DNA from: an uncultured Candidatus Binatia bacterium | GTDB taxonomy: Bacteria > Desulfobacterota > Binatia > Bin18 | Reading direction: 5' to 3' | NCBI GenBank assembly: GCA_965214605.1 | Contig: OZ243961.1 | Location: forward strand, 1,248,001 to 1,312,000 | DNA length: 64,000 bases | In this document: positions 18,144-26,410 of the stretch, one piece after another | Layout: each line of letters begins with the position of its first letter | Numbering within the stretch: the first letter of the stretch is position 1 | Program-made: the position numbers and the translations under genes | The notes under the pieces: generated by a model | Told to the model about the DNA's origin: nothing | What the model saw: the letters and a program-made list of their open reading frames with translations, nothing else | Databases searched by the model: none

Positions 18144-18322
18144 GTGTGCGGGCAACGACAAGAAAACGGCAATGAAGAAACAGGGGGGACCGGCATCCCG
18201 TCCAGGAGTCACGGCAGTCCGCTCAGAACTGAGAGGAAGTTTTATGAAGCGGACATTCGATTGTGCCCACTCCCCCCTACTGGTGCCTGAGAGCAGCTCA
18301 TTACACAGATAAAGAGGAGCAT

Positions 18323-18526
18323 ATGAACAGCACAGGTTTTTGGCACACGAGAGAACACCAGATCAGCATCTCACAGTGCCCGGAAGGCTGTATTCATCTC
18401 GTGGTCGGACGGGCAATCATCAAAATGACGCGAGAAGAATTTCTGGTCCTAGCCAAGCTAACCAATACTGCCAACCGGGAGATATCCCTGGCAGAGCCAC
18501 GGCTGGTGTCTAAACTCGGGCACTGA
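18323..18526 (+). CDS. Small hypothetical protein (CPxG family, paralog of 14071..14286)
   Basis: RBS GAGGAG; SQCPEGCIHLVVGRAIIKMTREEFLVLAKL. Confidence 0.72.
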   Translation: MNSTGFWHTREHQISISQCPEGCIHLVVGRAIIKMTREEFLVLAKLTNTANREISLAEPRLVSKLGH

Positions 18527-18879
18527 CTCCTACTCACAGCTCTCCCCTGTCAGAAGGGGGAGAAAGGGAAAGTCGGGATGTCCTCAAAGAGATGTTGCCA
18601 GCGCTGGTGGATGGGCTGCCAGCGTCAGATGTCCCGCTTTCCCTGTTCTCTTCCGCTGTACACAAGGACAGCAAAACATGTCAGATCGGGGAAGATACTG
18701 GTCCACACTTGGCGTCATCCTCTTGTGAGGATGTGTCCTGCGGTCGGCCGCTGCCCCCGATTTTTCGGTTTCGGTCCAGGATGGGATAGGCCGTCATATC
18801 AGCCTAGCTCAACCAGCCGAACGCGTTATCGCTCTGAGCCAAGGCAGCCTGGATATTGTCCAAACCCTGGGCGGTCGGC

Positions 18880-19440
18880 TGGTCGAGCATCCGAACATAG
18901 GCGAGTGTGACACTGCCCGAGGAATTCCAGTCTTTGCCAGCGGTGAGCAACGCGGTGGTGCCGAATCTTGAGGCAGTTGTGGACGCTATCCAGATCTGCT
19001 TATTGCACCAACCCGGGCTTACGGCGGTGTCGCGCAACGCTTACAGATGGTGCAGACCGCACGATATCTGTGGCAAGCGTACAGCGTGACCGACGTCGTC
19101 CAGGTCAGTCATAACATTGGCACGCTGCCCGGTCGCCAAGATCAGGCTGCGGCCCTCAGCCAAGTTTCGTCCCAAAAGCTGGGCCGAGGTGAGAAGCGGC
19201 CTGCCCGGCAGTCCCCGCCCGACGATTTTGCTGTTCGGGACCACCCAAACCTTTCTGGTCATTGCTCCGTGGACGTATGCTGGCGACTTGTTGTACTTGG
19301 TCGAAGGAAAAAATCTGCCCGTCGACATTGCCTCCGGCTACCCGCACGATCCTGGCTATGAACTGCTCCCTCTCAGTCTTGAGAAACTACTCGTCACCAA
19401 ACCGAAAGTCATCTGGTCGGCCACGGCGATCCCAGACGGT
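18880..19440 (+). pseudogene. Frameshifted remnant of an iron-chelate/heme ABC substrate-binding protein (IsdE/BtuF-like)
   Basis: Fragments LPEEFQSLPAVSNAVVPNLEAVV and ILLFGTTQTFLV..PWTYAGDLL...GKN...PLSLEKLLVTKPKVI, with the intervening coding signal disrupted. Confidence 0.7.
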
Positions 19441-19513
19441 GAACGCTGCCCCCAACCAAGAACTCAACAGCCATCCAGCCCGGTAAGGACTCAGCGCCGT
19501 TCAACGTGCTCGG

Positions 19514-19700
19514 GTGATGGAAGATATAATCTGCCGGGGCAACAAGCCGGAGCAGACCCATAACCTGGAGTTGGGGGCAACATGGAGCCTACTGAACGAC
19601 AAACTACTACTGACAGCCGAGATCTTTAAGGACGACGTGATGGAAAACATGAAGAACGGGAGCCCCTCAGCACGCTCAACGCGAGCAAGAACCGGGTCAG
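19514..19700 (+). pseudogene. TonB-dependent receptor fragment
   Basis: KPEQTHNLELGATWSLLNDKLLLTAEIF resembles the LxPExxxNxElG barrel segment; no full gene present. Confidence 0.6.
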
Positions 19701-19827
19701 AGGGCTGGAGTTCTCTCTGGCAACACTTGCGACCGACCTCGGCGGACTGATGGTATTCTTGATGCTGGTGTTTTTCGTTTAGGATTGCCAGAACCAGAAA
19801 GTTTTTGCAGAAAATCCGGCTTCCCCC

Positions 19828-19891
19828 TTGACAGAACAAAGAAGCCCCACTAGTTTCCTTAAATTGAAATTGATTATCAATTTCAATTTAA
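19828..19891 (+). promoter_or_regulatory. Sigma70-like promoter followed by a perfect 16-1-16 Fur-like palindrome
   Basis: TTGACA-N17-TAGTTT (19828-19856); TTAAATTGAAATTGAT-T-ATCAATTTCAATTTAA 19859-19891. Confidence 0.85.
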
Positions 19892-20218
19892 TGTACGAGC
19901 GACCCTGAGCAAAACCGCCCAGCTACCGCTTCAGGAGTCACGGAAAGCAAAAATTACGGCCACCGGTCGTTAATCAGAACACCAGTGTGGTAGGAGAAAA
20001 TCGGTGCTCCTGCCATTTGCCCCGGGGTAGTCTCCCTCCTGATTGCCCCGGGGCATCCGTTTTATTGAACTTCTTGGCTAAAGTCCTGTGTTGTCGGGAC
20101 AGAGAAGCCGAGCACTACCCCTGTCTATCCCGACGCAGTCATTGTCAAGAAAGGGGAGTCGTCATCAGGATCACAATCCTAGTACCGATATATTTCTGAA
20201 CTGAAACGGTCCTCTGTA

Positions 20219-20242
20219 GTTGAATTTGAAAATCAATTTCAC
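20219..20242 (+). promoter_or_regulatory. Fur-like box directly upstream of feoA
   Basis: TGAATTTGAAAATCAATTTCA imperfect palindrome. Confidence 0.7.
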
Positions 20243-20254
20243 TACCATATGGGG

Positions 20255-20491
20255 ATGCAGAAAACCCTGGCAGAACTCGGCCCCTCAGAGCATGGAGAGA
20301 TCCACACCATTCATGGCACGGACGGCATATCACGCCGTCTGGCAGAACTCGGCTTCACCCCGGGCCAGACGGTCGAGGTTCTCCGTTTTGCCCCTTTGGG
20401 TGATCCCATGCAGATCCGTATCCGCGGCTATCAACTCGCCCTCCGTCGTCAAGAAGCGGCCCGCGTCCTGCTAGTCTCCTCCGGCATATAA
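20255..20491 (+). CDS. feoA: Ferrous iron transport protein A
   Basis: RRLAELGFTPG..VEVLRFAPLGDPMQIRIRGYQLALRR. Confidence 0.95.
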   Translation: MQKTLAELGPSEHGEIHTIHGTDGISRRLAELGFTPGQTVEVLRFAPLGDPMQIRIRGYQLALRRQEAARVLLVSSGI

Positions 20492-20505
20492 GAAAACACC
20501 ACGCT

Positions 20506-22665
20506 ATGGTTCCCCCTCCCGTTCCAGATGCTGTTGACCCGTCTCTCGCTACCGAACGTCGCTACAGAGTGGCAGTGGTCGGCAACCCCAACACGGGCAA
20601 GACCACCCTGTTCAACGCTCTCACCGGTCTGAGCCAACACACTGGAAATTATCCCGGCGTCACAGTAGAGAGCGCCTTGGGAGAGTTCCGGGAAGGCCAG
20701 GATCGCTTTCTGGTGGTTGACCTACCCGGCACCTACTCGCTGGCCGCCCGTGCTCCGGACGAAATGGTTGCTGTGTCGGTGCTACTAGGTCATGGCAAAG
20801 GGGTTGCCCAGCCAGATGTGATTGTGTGTGTGGTCGATGCTACTAATCTCGACCGTAACTTATACCTGACGACCCAGGTCATTGATATTGGCCGACCGCT
20901 AGTCATTGCTCTAACCATGACAGACCTGGCCGACAAACAGGGGCTCCGCCTCAACCTCCCTGTACTCGAACACCGTCTAGGCGTGCCAATTATTGCCGTG
21001 CATGCGGCACGGCGCAGCGGGCTGACAGCGCTGCGCCAGGCGATTCGGACCGCAGCCGGTACGCCGTCCAGGCCACCGCGGCCGGTCCGCCTCCCCACCC
21101 TTATCGAGCGCGAGCTCAAGACGCTCGACGCCACCCTGTCGCCACACCATCTCCCTCCCATCTTCCTCGAACGCGCTCTGCTTGACGTCGACGGGTTGAT
21201 AGAGCGTGACCTGATCGGCGCGTTGGGCAGTCCTGCCCTGACTGAACTTCAGGCCGCCCGCACCCGTCTAGTCACCGTCGGGTTGCGCGTACCACAAGTT
21301 GAGGTTGAGCGACGCTATGAGTGGATTGCCCAAACCGTTGCCGCCAGCCTTGAGCCGCCTGCCGAGCCGAGCGGTCCACGGCCTGCCAGCTGGACCGACC
21401 GGATTGACGCCCTGGTCATGCACAGAGTCTGGGGGATGGTGATCTTCCTGCTGACCATGGCGGTGACGTTTCAGTCAATCTTTTCGTGGGCCGTGCCGAT
21501 CATGGACACTATTGATGGGCTGTTTTCAGGTCTCGGCACCTGGGTCGGCAGCCTCCTACCCGAGGGACCGGTCCAAAGTCTGATAGTTAACGGTATTATC
21601 GGCGGGGTGGGAGCTGTAGTGGTCTTTGTCCCTCAAATCGCCATTTTATTCGGACTCATTGCTCTGCTCGAAGACTCTGGGTATATGGCTCGGGCAGCGT
21701 TTTTGATGGACCGCCTGCTCGCCGGATTTGGCCTGTCGGGGCGGAGTTTTATTCCGCTCCTGTCTTCCTTTGCATGCGCGGTGCCGGGCATTATGTCGGC
21801 CCGTACGATTGAGAATCAACGTGATCGGATCGCTACCATTCTCATTGCGCCGCTGATGAGCTGTAGTGCTCGTTTACCGGTCTATGTGTTGTTGATCTCG
21901 GCCTTTATTCCGGCTCAGACCATGTGGGGGGTTGTTGGTCTTCAGGGGTTGACTCTCTTTACGATGTACCTAATCGGGCTGATTGTCGCCCCCCCCGTCG
22001 CCCTGATGCTCAAGCGAACGATATTAGCGGGCGAGCCCGTCCCATTTCTGATAGAACTGCCGGTGTTTAAGGTTCCGGCCTGGCGTGTCGTTGTCTTCCG
22101 TATGTATGAACGCAGCCTGGCTTTTCTAAAGCGGGCGGGCACGATCATCTTAGCCACTACCATCCTGGTCTGGGCTTTGTCGTACTACCCGTACTCCGAT
22201 CAGACCGCTGAACAGGATGGCTCAGCGGTTGTAGAGGCTGGTGAGCGCTTACGCCAGAGTTATCTGGGCCGGGCCGGCCGGGCGATTGAGCCGTTCGTTG
22301 AGCCACTCGGCTGGGACTGGAAAATCGGGATAGCGACCTTAGCCAGCTTTCCCGCCCGCGAGGTGATCATTGCCGCCCTGGGCACGATCTACAACCTGGG
22401 CAGCGAACAGGACGAGACCAGTCTTGAGCTACGTGACGCCATGCGCGCCGAACGCCGACCGGACGGCCGCCCGGTCTATACTCCGCTGGTTGCGCTGTCG
22501 GTCATGGTCTTTTTTGCCTTATGCTGCCAGTGTGGAGCCACCCTGGCAACGATTAAACGTGAAACCAACTCGTGGGGCTATCCGGTGTTTACCTTTGTGT
22601 ATATGACGAGTTTGGCCTATCTTGGCGCCCTGGGGATATATCAGATCGGGAGTCGGATAGGCTAG
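20506..22665 (+). CDS. feoB: Ferrous iron transport protein B
   Basis: GNPNTGKTTLFNALTG, GNYPGVTVE, DLPGTYSL, LEDSGYMARAAF, MSCSARLPVY. Confidence 0.97.
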   Translation: MVPPPVPDAVDPSLATERRYRVAVVGNPNTGKTTLFNALTGLSQHTGNYPGVTVESALGEFREGQDRFLVVDLPGTYSLAARAPDEMVAVSVLLGHGKGVAQPDVIVCVVDATNLDRNLYLTTQVIDIGRPLVIALTMTDLADKQGLRLNLPVLEHRLGVPIIAVHAARRSGLTALRQAIRTAAGTPSRPPRPVRLPTLIERELKTLDATLSPHHLPPIFLERALLDVDGLIERDLIGALGSPALTELQAARTRLVTVGLRVPQVEVERRYEWIAQTVAASLEPPAEPSGPRPASWTDRIDALVMHRVWGMVIFLLTMAVTFQSIFSWAVPIMDTIDGLFSGLGTWVGSLLPEGPVQSLIVNGIIGGVGAVVVFVPQIAILFGLIALLEDSGYMARAAFLMDRLLAGFGLSGRSFIPLLSSFACAVPGIMSARTIENQRDRIATILIAPLMSCSARLPVYVLLISAFIPAQTMWGVVGLQGLTLFTMYLIGLIVAPPVALMLKRTILAGEPVPFLIELPVFKVPAWRVVVFRMYERSLAFLKRAGTIILATTILVWALSYYPYSDQTAEQDGSAVVEAGERLRQSYLGRAGRAIEPFVEPLGWDWKIGIATLASFPAREVIIAALGTIYNLGSEQDETSLELRDAMRAERRPDGRPVYTPLVALSVMVFFALCCQCGATLATIKRETNSWGYPVFTFVYMTSLAYLGALGIYQIGSRIG

Positions 22666-22682
22666 CTCCAAAGAGAAGCCGT

Positions 22683-22826
22683 ATGGATATACAGACTTTG
22701 CTCATCCTGCCCATCGTTACCCTTGCTACAGTGTATGTTGGCTGTCGGCTGTGGCCCCGCCGTAAGGATAAGGTCGGCTGTGGGAGCTGTCCCCAGAATC
22801 GGAATCGGACCAATGACTATGCCTGA
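22683..22826 (+). CDS. FeoB-associated Cys-rich small membrane protein
   Basis: One TM helix then GCGSCP, directly after feoB. Confidence 0.7.
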   Translation: MDIQTLLILPIVTLATVYVGCRLWPRRKDKVGCGSCPQNRNRTNDYA

Positions 22827-22937
22827 CAACGACACGACTCGCGCTCGCTTGACATCTTACACACCGGCAAGATAATGGCTTGGTGCGGGGAAAAGTTTAC
22901 TCAAGAAGACGTCGGCGATGCGTTTAGAGGAGGGGAA

Positions 22938-23486
22938 ATGGATCAGGAGCGACAGGCTGAAACACAAAAACCCTTACTCTCTTTGACCGCCGAAGCGGTC
23001 AAAATGATCAGGCGGACTCTCGCCCGAAAAGGAGTCGATAACTGGGGATTACGCATGACCGTCTCCGGTGGAGGGTGCAAAGGCTTCCAGTACAGGCTCA
23101 ACTTTGAGCAATCCGCTCGTAACGACGATCAAATTGTCGTCCAGGACGGCATAAAAACCTATCTTGATCCGACCAGCGCAATACACCTGAGGGGAACCCG
23201 GCTGGACTATGTGACCAATCGGCACGGCACCGGATTTCATTTTTTCGGGCTCGACGTGGAACGCACCATTGGCTGTGGTTCGCCCGTCCTGCTGCGTGGC
23301 TGCGTTAAGAATAACACCCGCACCGAAGGCTGTGTGCTGTGTGCCCAGAGACCCCTGATGGAAATAGACCTGAATACAGCTACCGCATTTGTCGATCCCC
23401 GACAGAGTATCTCTCACCCAGGTCTGACGCCAATGCAAAAGTGTGAAAAGTGCTGCTTTGTCATCTGTCAGTGTGACAAAGCCTAG
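22938..23486 (+). CDS. HesB/IscA A-type Fe-S carrier-like protein with Cys-rich C-terminal extension
   Basis: LTAEAV, GLRMTVSGGGCKGFQY, L.GTRLDYV; RBS AGAGGAGG; promoter-like TTGACA-N16-GATAAT at 22849-22876. Confidence 0.8.
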   Translation: MDQERQAETQKPLLSLTAEAVKMIRRTLARKGVDNWGLRMTVSGGGCKGFQYRLNFEQSARNDDQIVVQDGIKTYLDPTSAIHLRGTRLDYVTNRHGTGFHFFGLDVERTIGCGSPVLLRGCVKNNTRTEGCVLCAQRPLMEIDLNTATAFVDPRQSISHPGLTPMQKCEKCCFVICQCDKA

Positions 23487-23514
23487 ATGGACCAGGCTCT
23501 ATATCTGCCACTCG

Positions 23515-24735
23515 CTATAAGAGCTGGCTCTTTTCCTGGTCGATAATGCGCAGCCATTGCCTAGCCTGCTTGGCAACTCGGCTATGGCTTGTGGCGCTCG
23601 TGAAGGCATCTTTGCTGGCGGCCAGTTTTCCAGAGCGATACTCTGCAATGCCCAGCAGAATATAGGCCTGTCCGGTGTCTTCAAGGCCCCCTTTTTTCAG
23701 CGCTAGGTCAGCAGCGGCGGCGGCATCCGGCCAGCGTTCTAACTGGACCAACAGTTCGGCTCGGCGGATATCAAGGCGTCCGGTCTCGGCGCTCTGAGCG
23801 CTACGCGCCAGGGCGTCCAAAGCACGTTGATACTCTTTGGCATGCAGCCAACAGGTCACCAGTAATTCTCGATGGCGCGGAGTGTCGGCGACGACCTGGG
23901 CTGCCAGGCCCTCGTGCAGGATATCGCCGGCTTTATACGGCAGGCCGAGATGCAGATAGGACTGGACGACATAGAGGACTTCCTGCTCTTCAAGAAGTCC
24001 GAGTTTGTGGGCCAGAGCCAGGGCCGAAGCCGCCCGGCTCTGCTTTTCGGTTTCGAGATACATCTGTGAGAGCTGCAACCAGTAGGTTTTTTTGTGCGGC
24101 AATCGGTTGAGCAGTTGGTGCAACACCCCGGCTGCCTGAGACCATTTTTGCTGTTCAACATACACAAACAGGAGAAACTGATACCACTCTTCACGGAATG
24201 TGGCGGCCTGGCCGATCGCCTGCTGAATGTTCTGCTCTGCTTCACTATAGCGCTTGAGCTGGCCATAGACCTGGGCCAGGGAGGCTCGGGCTTGGGGCTT
24301 GGGCTGAGCCTCTTCGGCCAGCCAGATTTCCAACAGGCGGGCCCCTTCTTCATAGTGCTGGGCGGCGATCAGGATCTGGGCCAGATTATAACGCACGGTC
24401 TGTACCCGATTGAGAGGGAGGGCCTGACTGGTCAGGCTTTGCCGAAAGGCGTCGGCAGACTGCACGAACTGCCCCAGTGCGGCGTAGACATGACCCAAGG
24501 TTTGCTGAACGATGGCCGTCTCATAGAGGCTGAGCTCGGGATCTTGTGACAGGGCTTGGAGCTGACCGAGGGCTTCCCGGTTACGCTCCTGCAGGGCCAT
24601 CTCTTGGGCCTGAATGAGTTGATCGTAGACTTTTTGTGAGAGAGCTTGTTCTTCAGCACCAACCGCGGTCGCGCCCAGAAGAAGGAACGCTAGTCCTAAG
24701 CCGCGGATATTCCAGAGCTGCCATGTGCTGCCCAT
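23515..24735 (-). CDS. Periplasmic TPR protein of TonB2-type cluster (TtpD-like)
   Basis: Signal peptide, TPR helices, KTYWLQLS motif; follows tonB. Confidence 0.8.
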   Translation of the reverse strand: MGSTWQLWNIRGLGLAFLLLGATAVGAEEQALSQKVYDQLIQAQEMALQERNREALGQLQALSQDPELSLYETAIVQQTLGHVYAALGQFVQSADAFRQSLTSQALPLNRVQTVRYNLAQILIAAQHYEEGARLLEIWLAEEAQPKPQARASLAQVYGQLKRYSEAEQNIQQAIGQAATFREEWYQFLLFVYVEQQKWSQAAGVLHQLLNRLPHKKTYWLQLSQMYLETEKQSRAASALALAHKLGLLEEQEVLYVVQSYLHLGLPYKAGDILHEGLAAQVVADTPRHRELLVTCWLHAKEYQRALDALARSAQSAETGRLDIRRAELLVQLERWPDAAAAADLALKKGGLEDTGQAYILLGIAEYRSGKLAASKDAFTSATSHSRVAKQARQWLRIIDQEKSQLL

Positions 24736-24736
24736 G

Positions 24737-25378
24737 TCAACTGCCCCTGAGAGCAAAGTCGATCCGTTGCGAAGCGCGGGAGTCAACCGCACGGCCGTCT
24801 TGGGTGCGGGGTTTGAATTTCCATTGGACAATGGCCCGCAAAGCGGCCCGGTCAAAGACCTTGGAAGGAGAGGATTCAATCACGACTGGATCACGGACAC
24901 TTCCGTCTTTGGTAATCGTAAACTCAACCGTGACAAATCCTTCAATTTGCATACGCGAAGCGCGTGAAGGATAGCGCGGGGGAACACGTACCAGGGCGAT
25001 CAGTTCCTGGTCCATCATTGCCGGGCCTTGCGATGGAGCGGCCGGTGGCGACAGCGGACCCATGTTGAGCAAAGGGCCCTGGCCAGTTGTTGCTGTCATC
25101 TCAATCTTTGGCGCTGCCAGCCTAGGTTGAGAGGTTGGCGATGAGGTCAGGCTCGGGGTTACCGGCGGAGTCTCAGGGGGGGGGGGCTCCTTGGGAGGCG
25201 TGCGTCTAGTCGGCGGTGGCGGAGCTTCGCGGGCCAGACGGACAAAATCAATAATCGGATAGGAATCCCGGTGCAGGGCGGTACTAGGTGGGCCTGATAT
25301 CAGTGTTTGCATGAAGAAAAAAATCAGGATGCCGACCACCAGCCCGGCCACTCCCGATACCGCAATCCGCTTCAGCAC
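24737..25378 (-). CDS. tonB: Energy transducer TonB
   Basis: N-terminal TM, Pro-rich linker, PRYPSRA...EGFVTVEFTI..G.V....FDRAALRAI..WKFKP. Confidence 0.92.
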   Translation of the reverse strand: MLKRIAVSGVAGLVVGILIFFFMQTLISGPPSTALHRDSYPIIDFVRLAREAPPPPTRRTPPKEPPPPETPPVTPSLTSSPTSQPRLAAPKIEMTATTGQGPLLNMGPLSPPAAPSQGPAMMDQELIALVRVPPRYPSRASRMQIEGFVTVEFTITKDGSVRDPVVIESSPSKVFDRAALRAIVQWKFKPRTQDGRAVDSRASQRIDFALRGS

Positions 25379-25381
25379 CGT

Positions 25382-25786
25382 CTAGCTCTCCTGTCGGGCG
25401 GCGACGGCAATAGTGCTCACACCAGCCAAACGGGCCTGATCCATGACCTGCACCAACAGGCCCGTTTGGGCCGAAGCATCTGCCAGGACAATTACATCGG
25501 CCTCTGGATTGTCGGCCAGCATACGTTCAACATTTGCCCGGACCGCTCGCACATCAATGCGCCGCCGCTCCATCCATATTTCTCCTCTGGCTGACAGGGC
25601 GATATGGATTGTGCCGCGCTCTTTGGTCTGGGTCGTCCGGGCAACAGGCCGGTTGACATCAATCCCAGCTTCCTTGACAAACGAGGCGGTCACCAGAAAA
25701 AAGATGAGTAGAATAAACACCATATCAATCAATGGGGTCAGATTGACTTGGCTGTCAGCCGGGACCCTGGCGCGGCGACGTTTCAT
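25382..25786 (-). CDS. exbD: Biopolymer transporter ExbD
   Basis: VNLTPLIDMVFILLIFFLVTASF. Confidence 0.93.
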   Translation of the reverse strand: MKRRRARVPADSQVNLTPLIDMVFILLIFFLVTASFVKEAGIDVNRPVARTTQTKERGTIHIALSARGEIWMERRRIDVRAVRANVERMLADNPEADVIVLADASAQTGLLVQVMDQARLAGVSTIAVAARQES

Positions 25787-25804
25787 GGCAGCCTCCTCAA
25801 CATC

Positions 25805-26410
25805 TCAACGGTCACCGGCGCGTTTCTGAGCCTCCACTTGGGCATGGATCCACAACAGGCCCGGATTGCCGAACTCGTCCTCGAGTTGCAGCAGAGCGGT
25901 GAGTTTCTGCACTTCTACTTGGGCCCGATTGGTTAGGCTCGACCCAAGGTACAGCCCGGGCAGGGCGCACACCAGCCCAGCCATGGTTGTTACCAGCGCT
26001 TCAGAAATCCCGTTGGCCATACCGTTGACGTTGCCCGTCCCGAACAGCTGCATTACGGTAAAGGTAGAAATCATGCCGTTGACGGTCCCTAGCAGTCCTA
26101 GAATCGGGAGCACCACGGTTAGGGAGCGAATGAACGGTAAGGAACGGCGTAGCTGATAGTCAGCCTCAGCAATCTCCATGCGGCGCTGTTGACGGGCGTA
26201 CCAGGAGTGCCGCTCACTGCGCGCCTGCCAGCGGGAGACCAGGTCCTGCACCATGGTCTGATAGCCGGTATGCAGGAAGACATAGCGCTCAACAATGAGC
26301 GTCGCCAGCACGACCGTCACGACCAGAATAATCCACAGTACCGGCCCACCAACCGCCAGAAATTGCCGCAACTGATCAAGCAGATTCTGGAGAAGTGCGA
26401 GAAGATTCAT
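25805..26410 (-). CDS. exbB: MotA/TolQ/ExbB proton channel protein
   Basis: PILGLLGTVNGMI..F, MANGISEALVTTMAGL. Confidence 0.9.
   Translation of the reverse strand: MNLLALLQNLLDQLRQFLAVGGPVLWIILVVTVVLATLIVERYVFLHTGYQTMVQDLVSRWQARSERHSWYARQQRRMEIAEADYQLRRSLPFIRSLTVVLPILGLLGTVNGMISTFTVMQLFGTGNVNGMANGISEALVTTMAGLVCALPGLYLGSSLTNRAQVEVQKLTALLQLEDEFGNPGLLWIHAQVEAQKRAGDR

Noticed and set aside
18181-18260. Cobalamin riboswitch (CAGGAG resembles part of the B12 box)
   Set aside because: The other conserved elements (GGGAA, GCCACTG, full AGCCAGGAGACC) are not present.
19987-20199. 70-aa ORF between the Fur box and feoA
   Set aside because: GTG start without a clear RBS and no recognisable motif; treated as non-coding.
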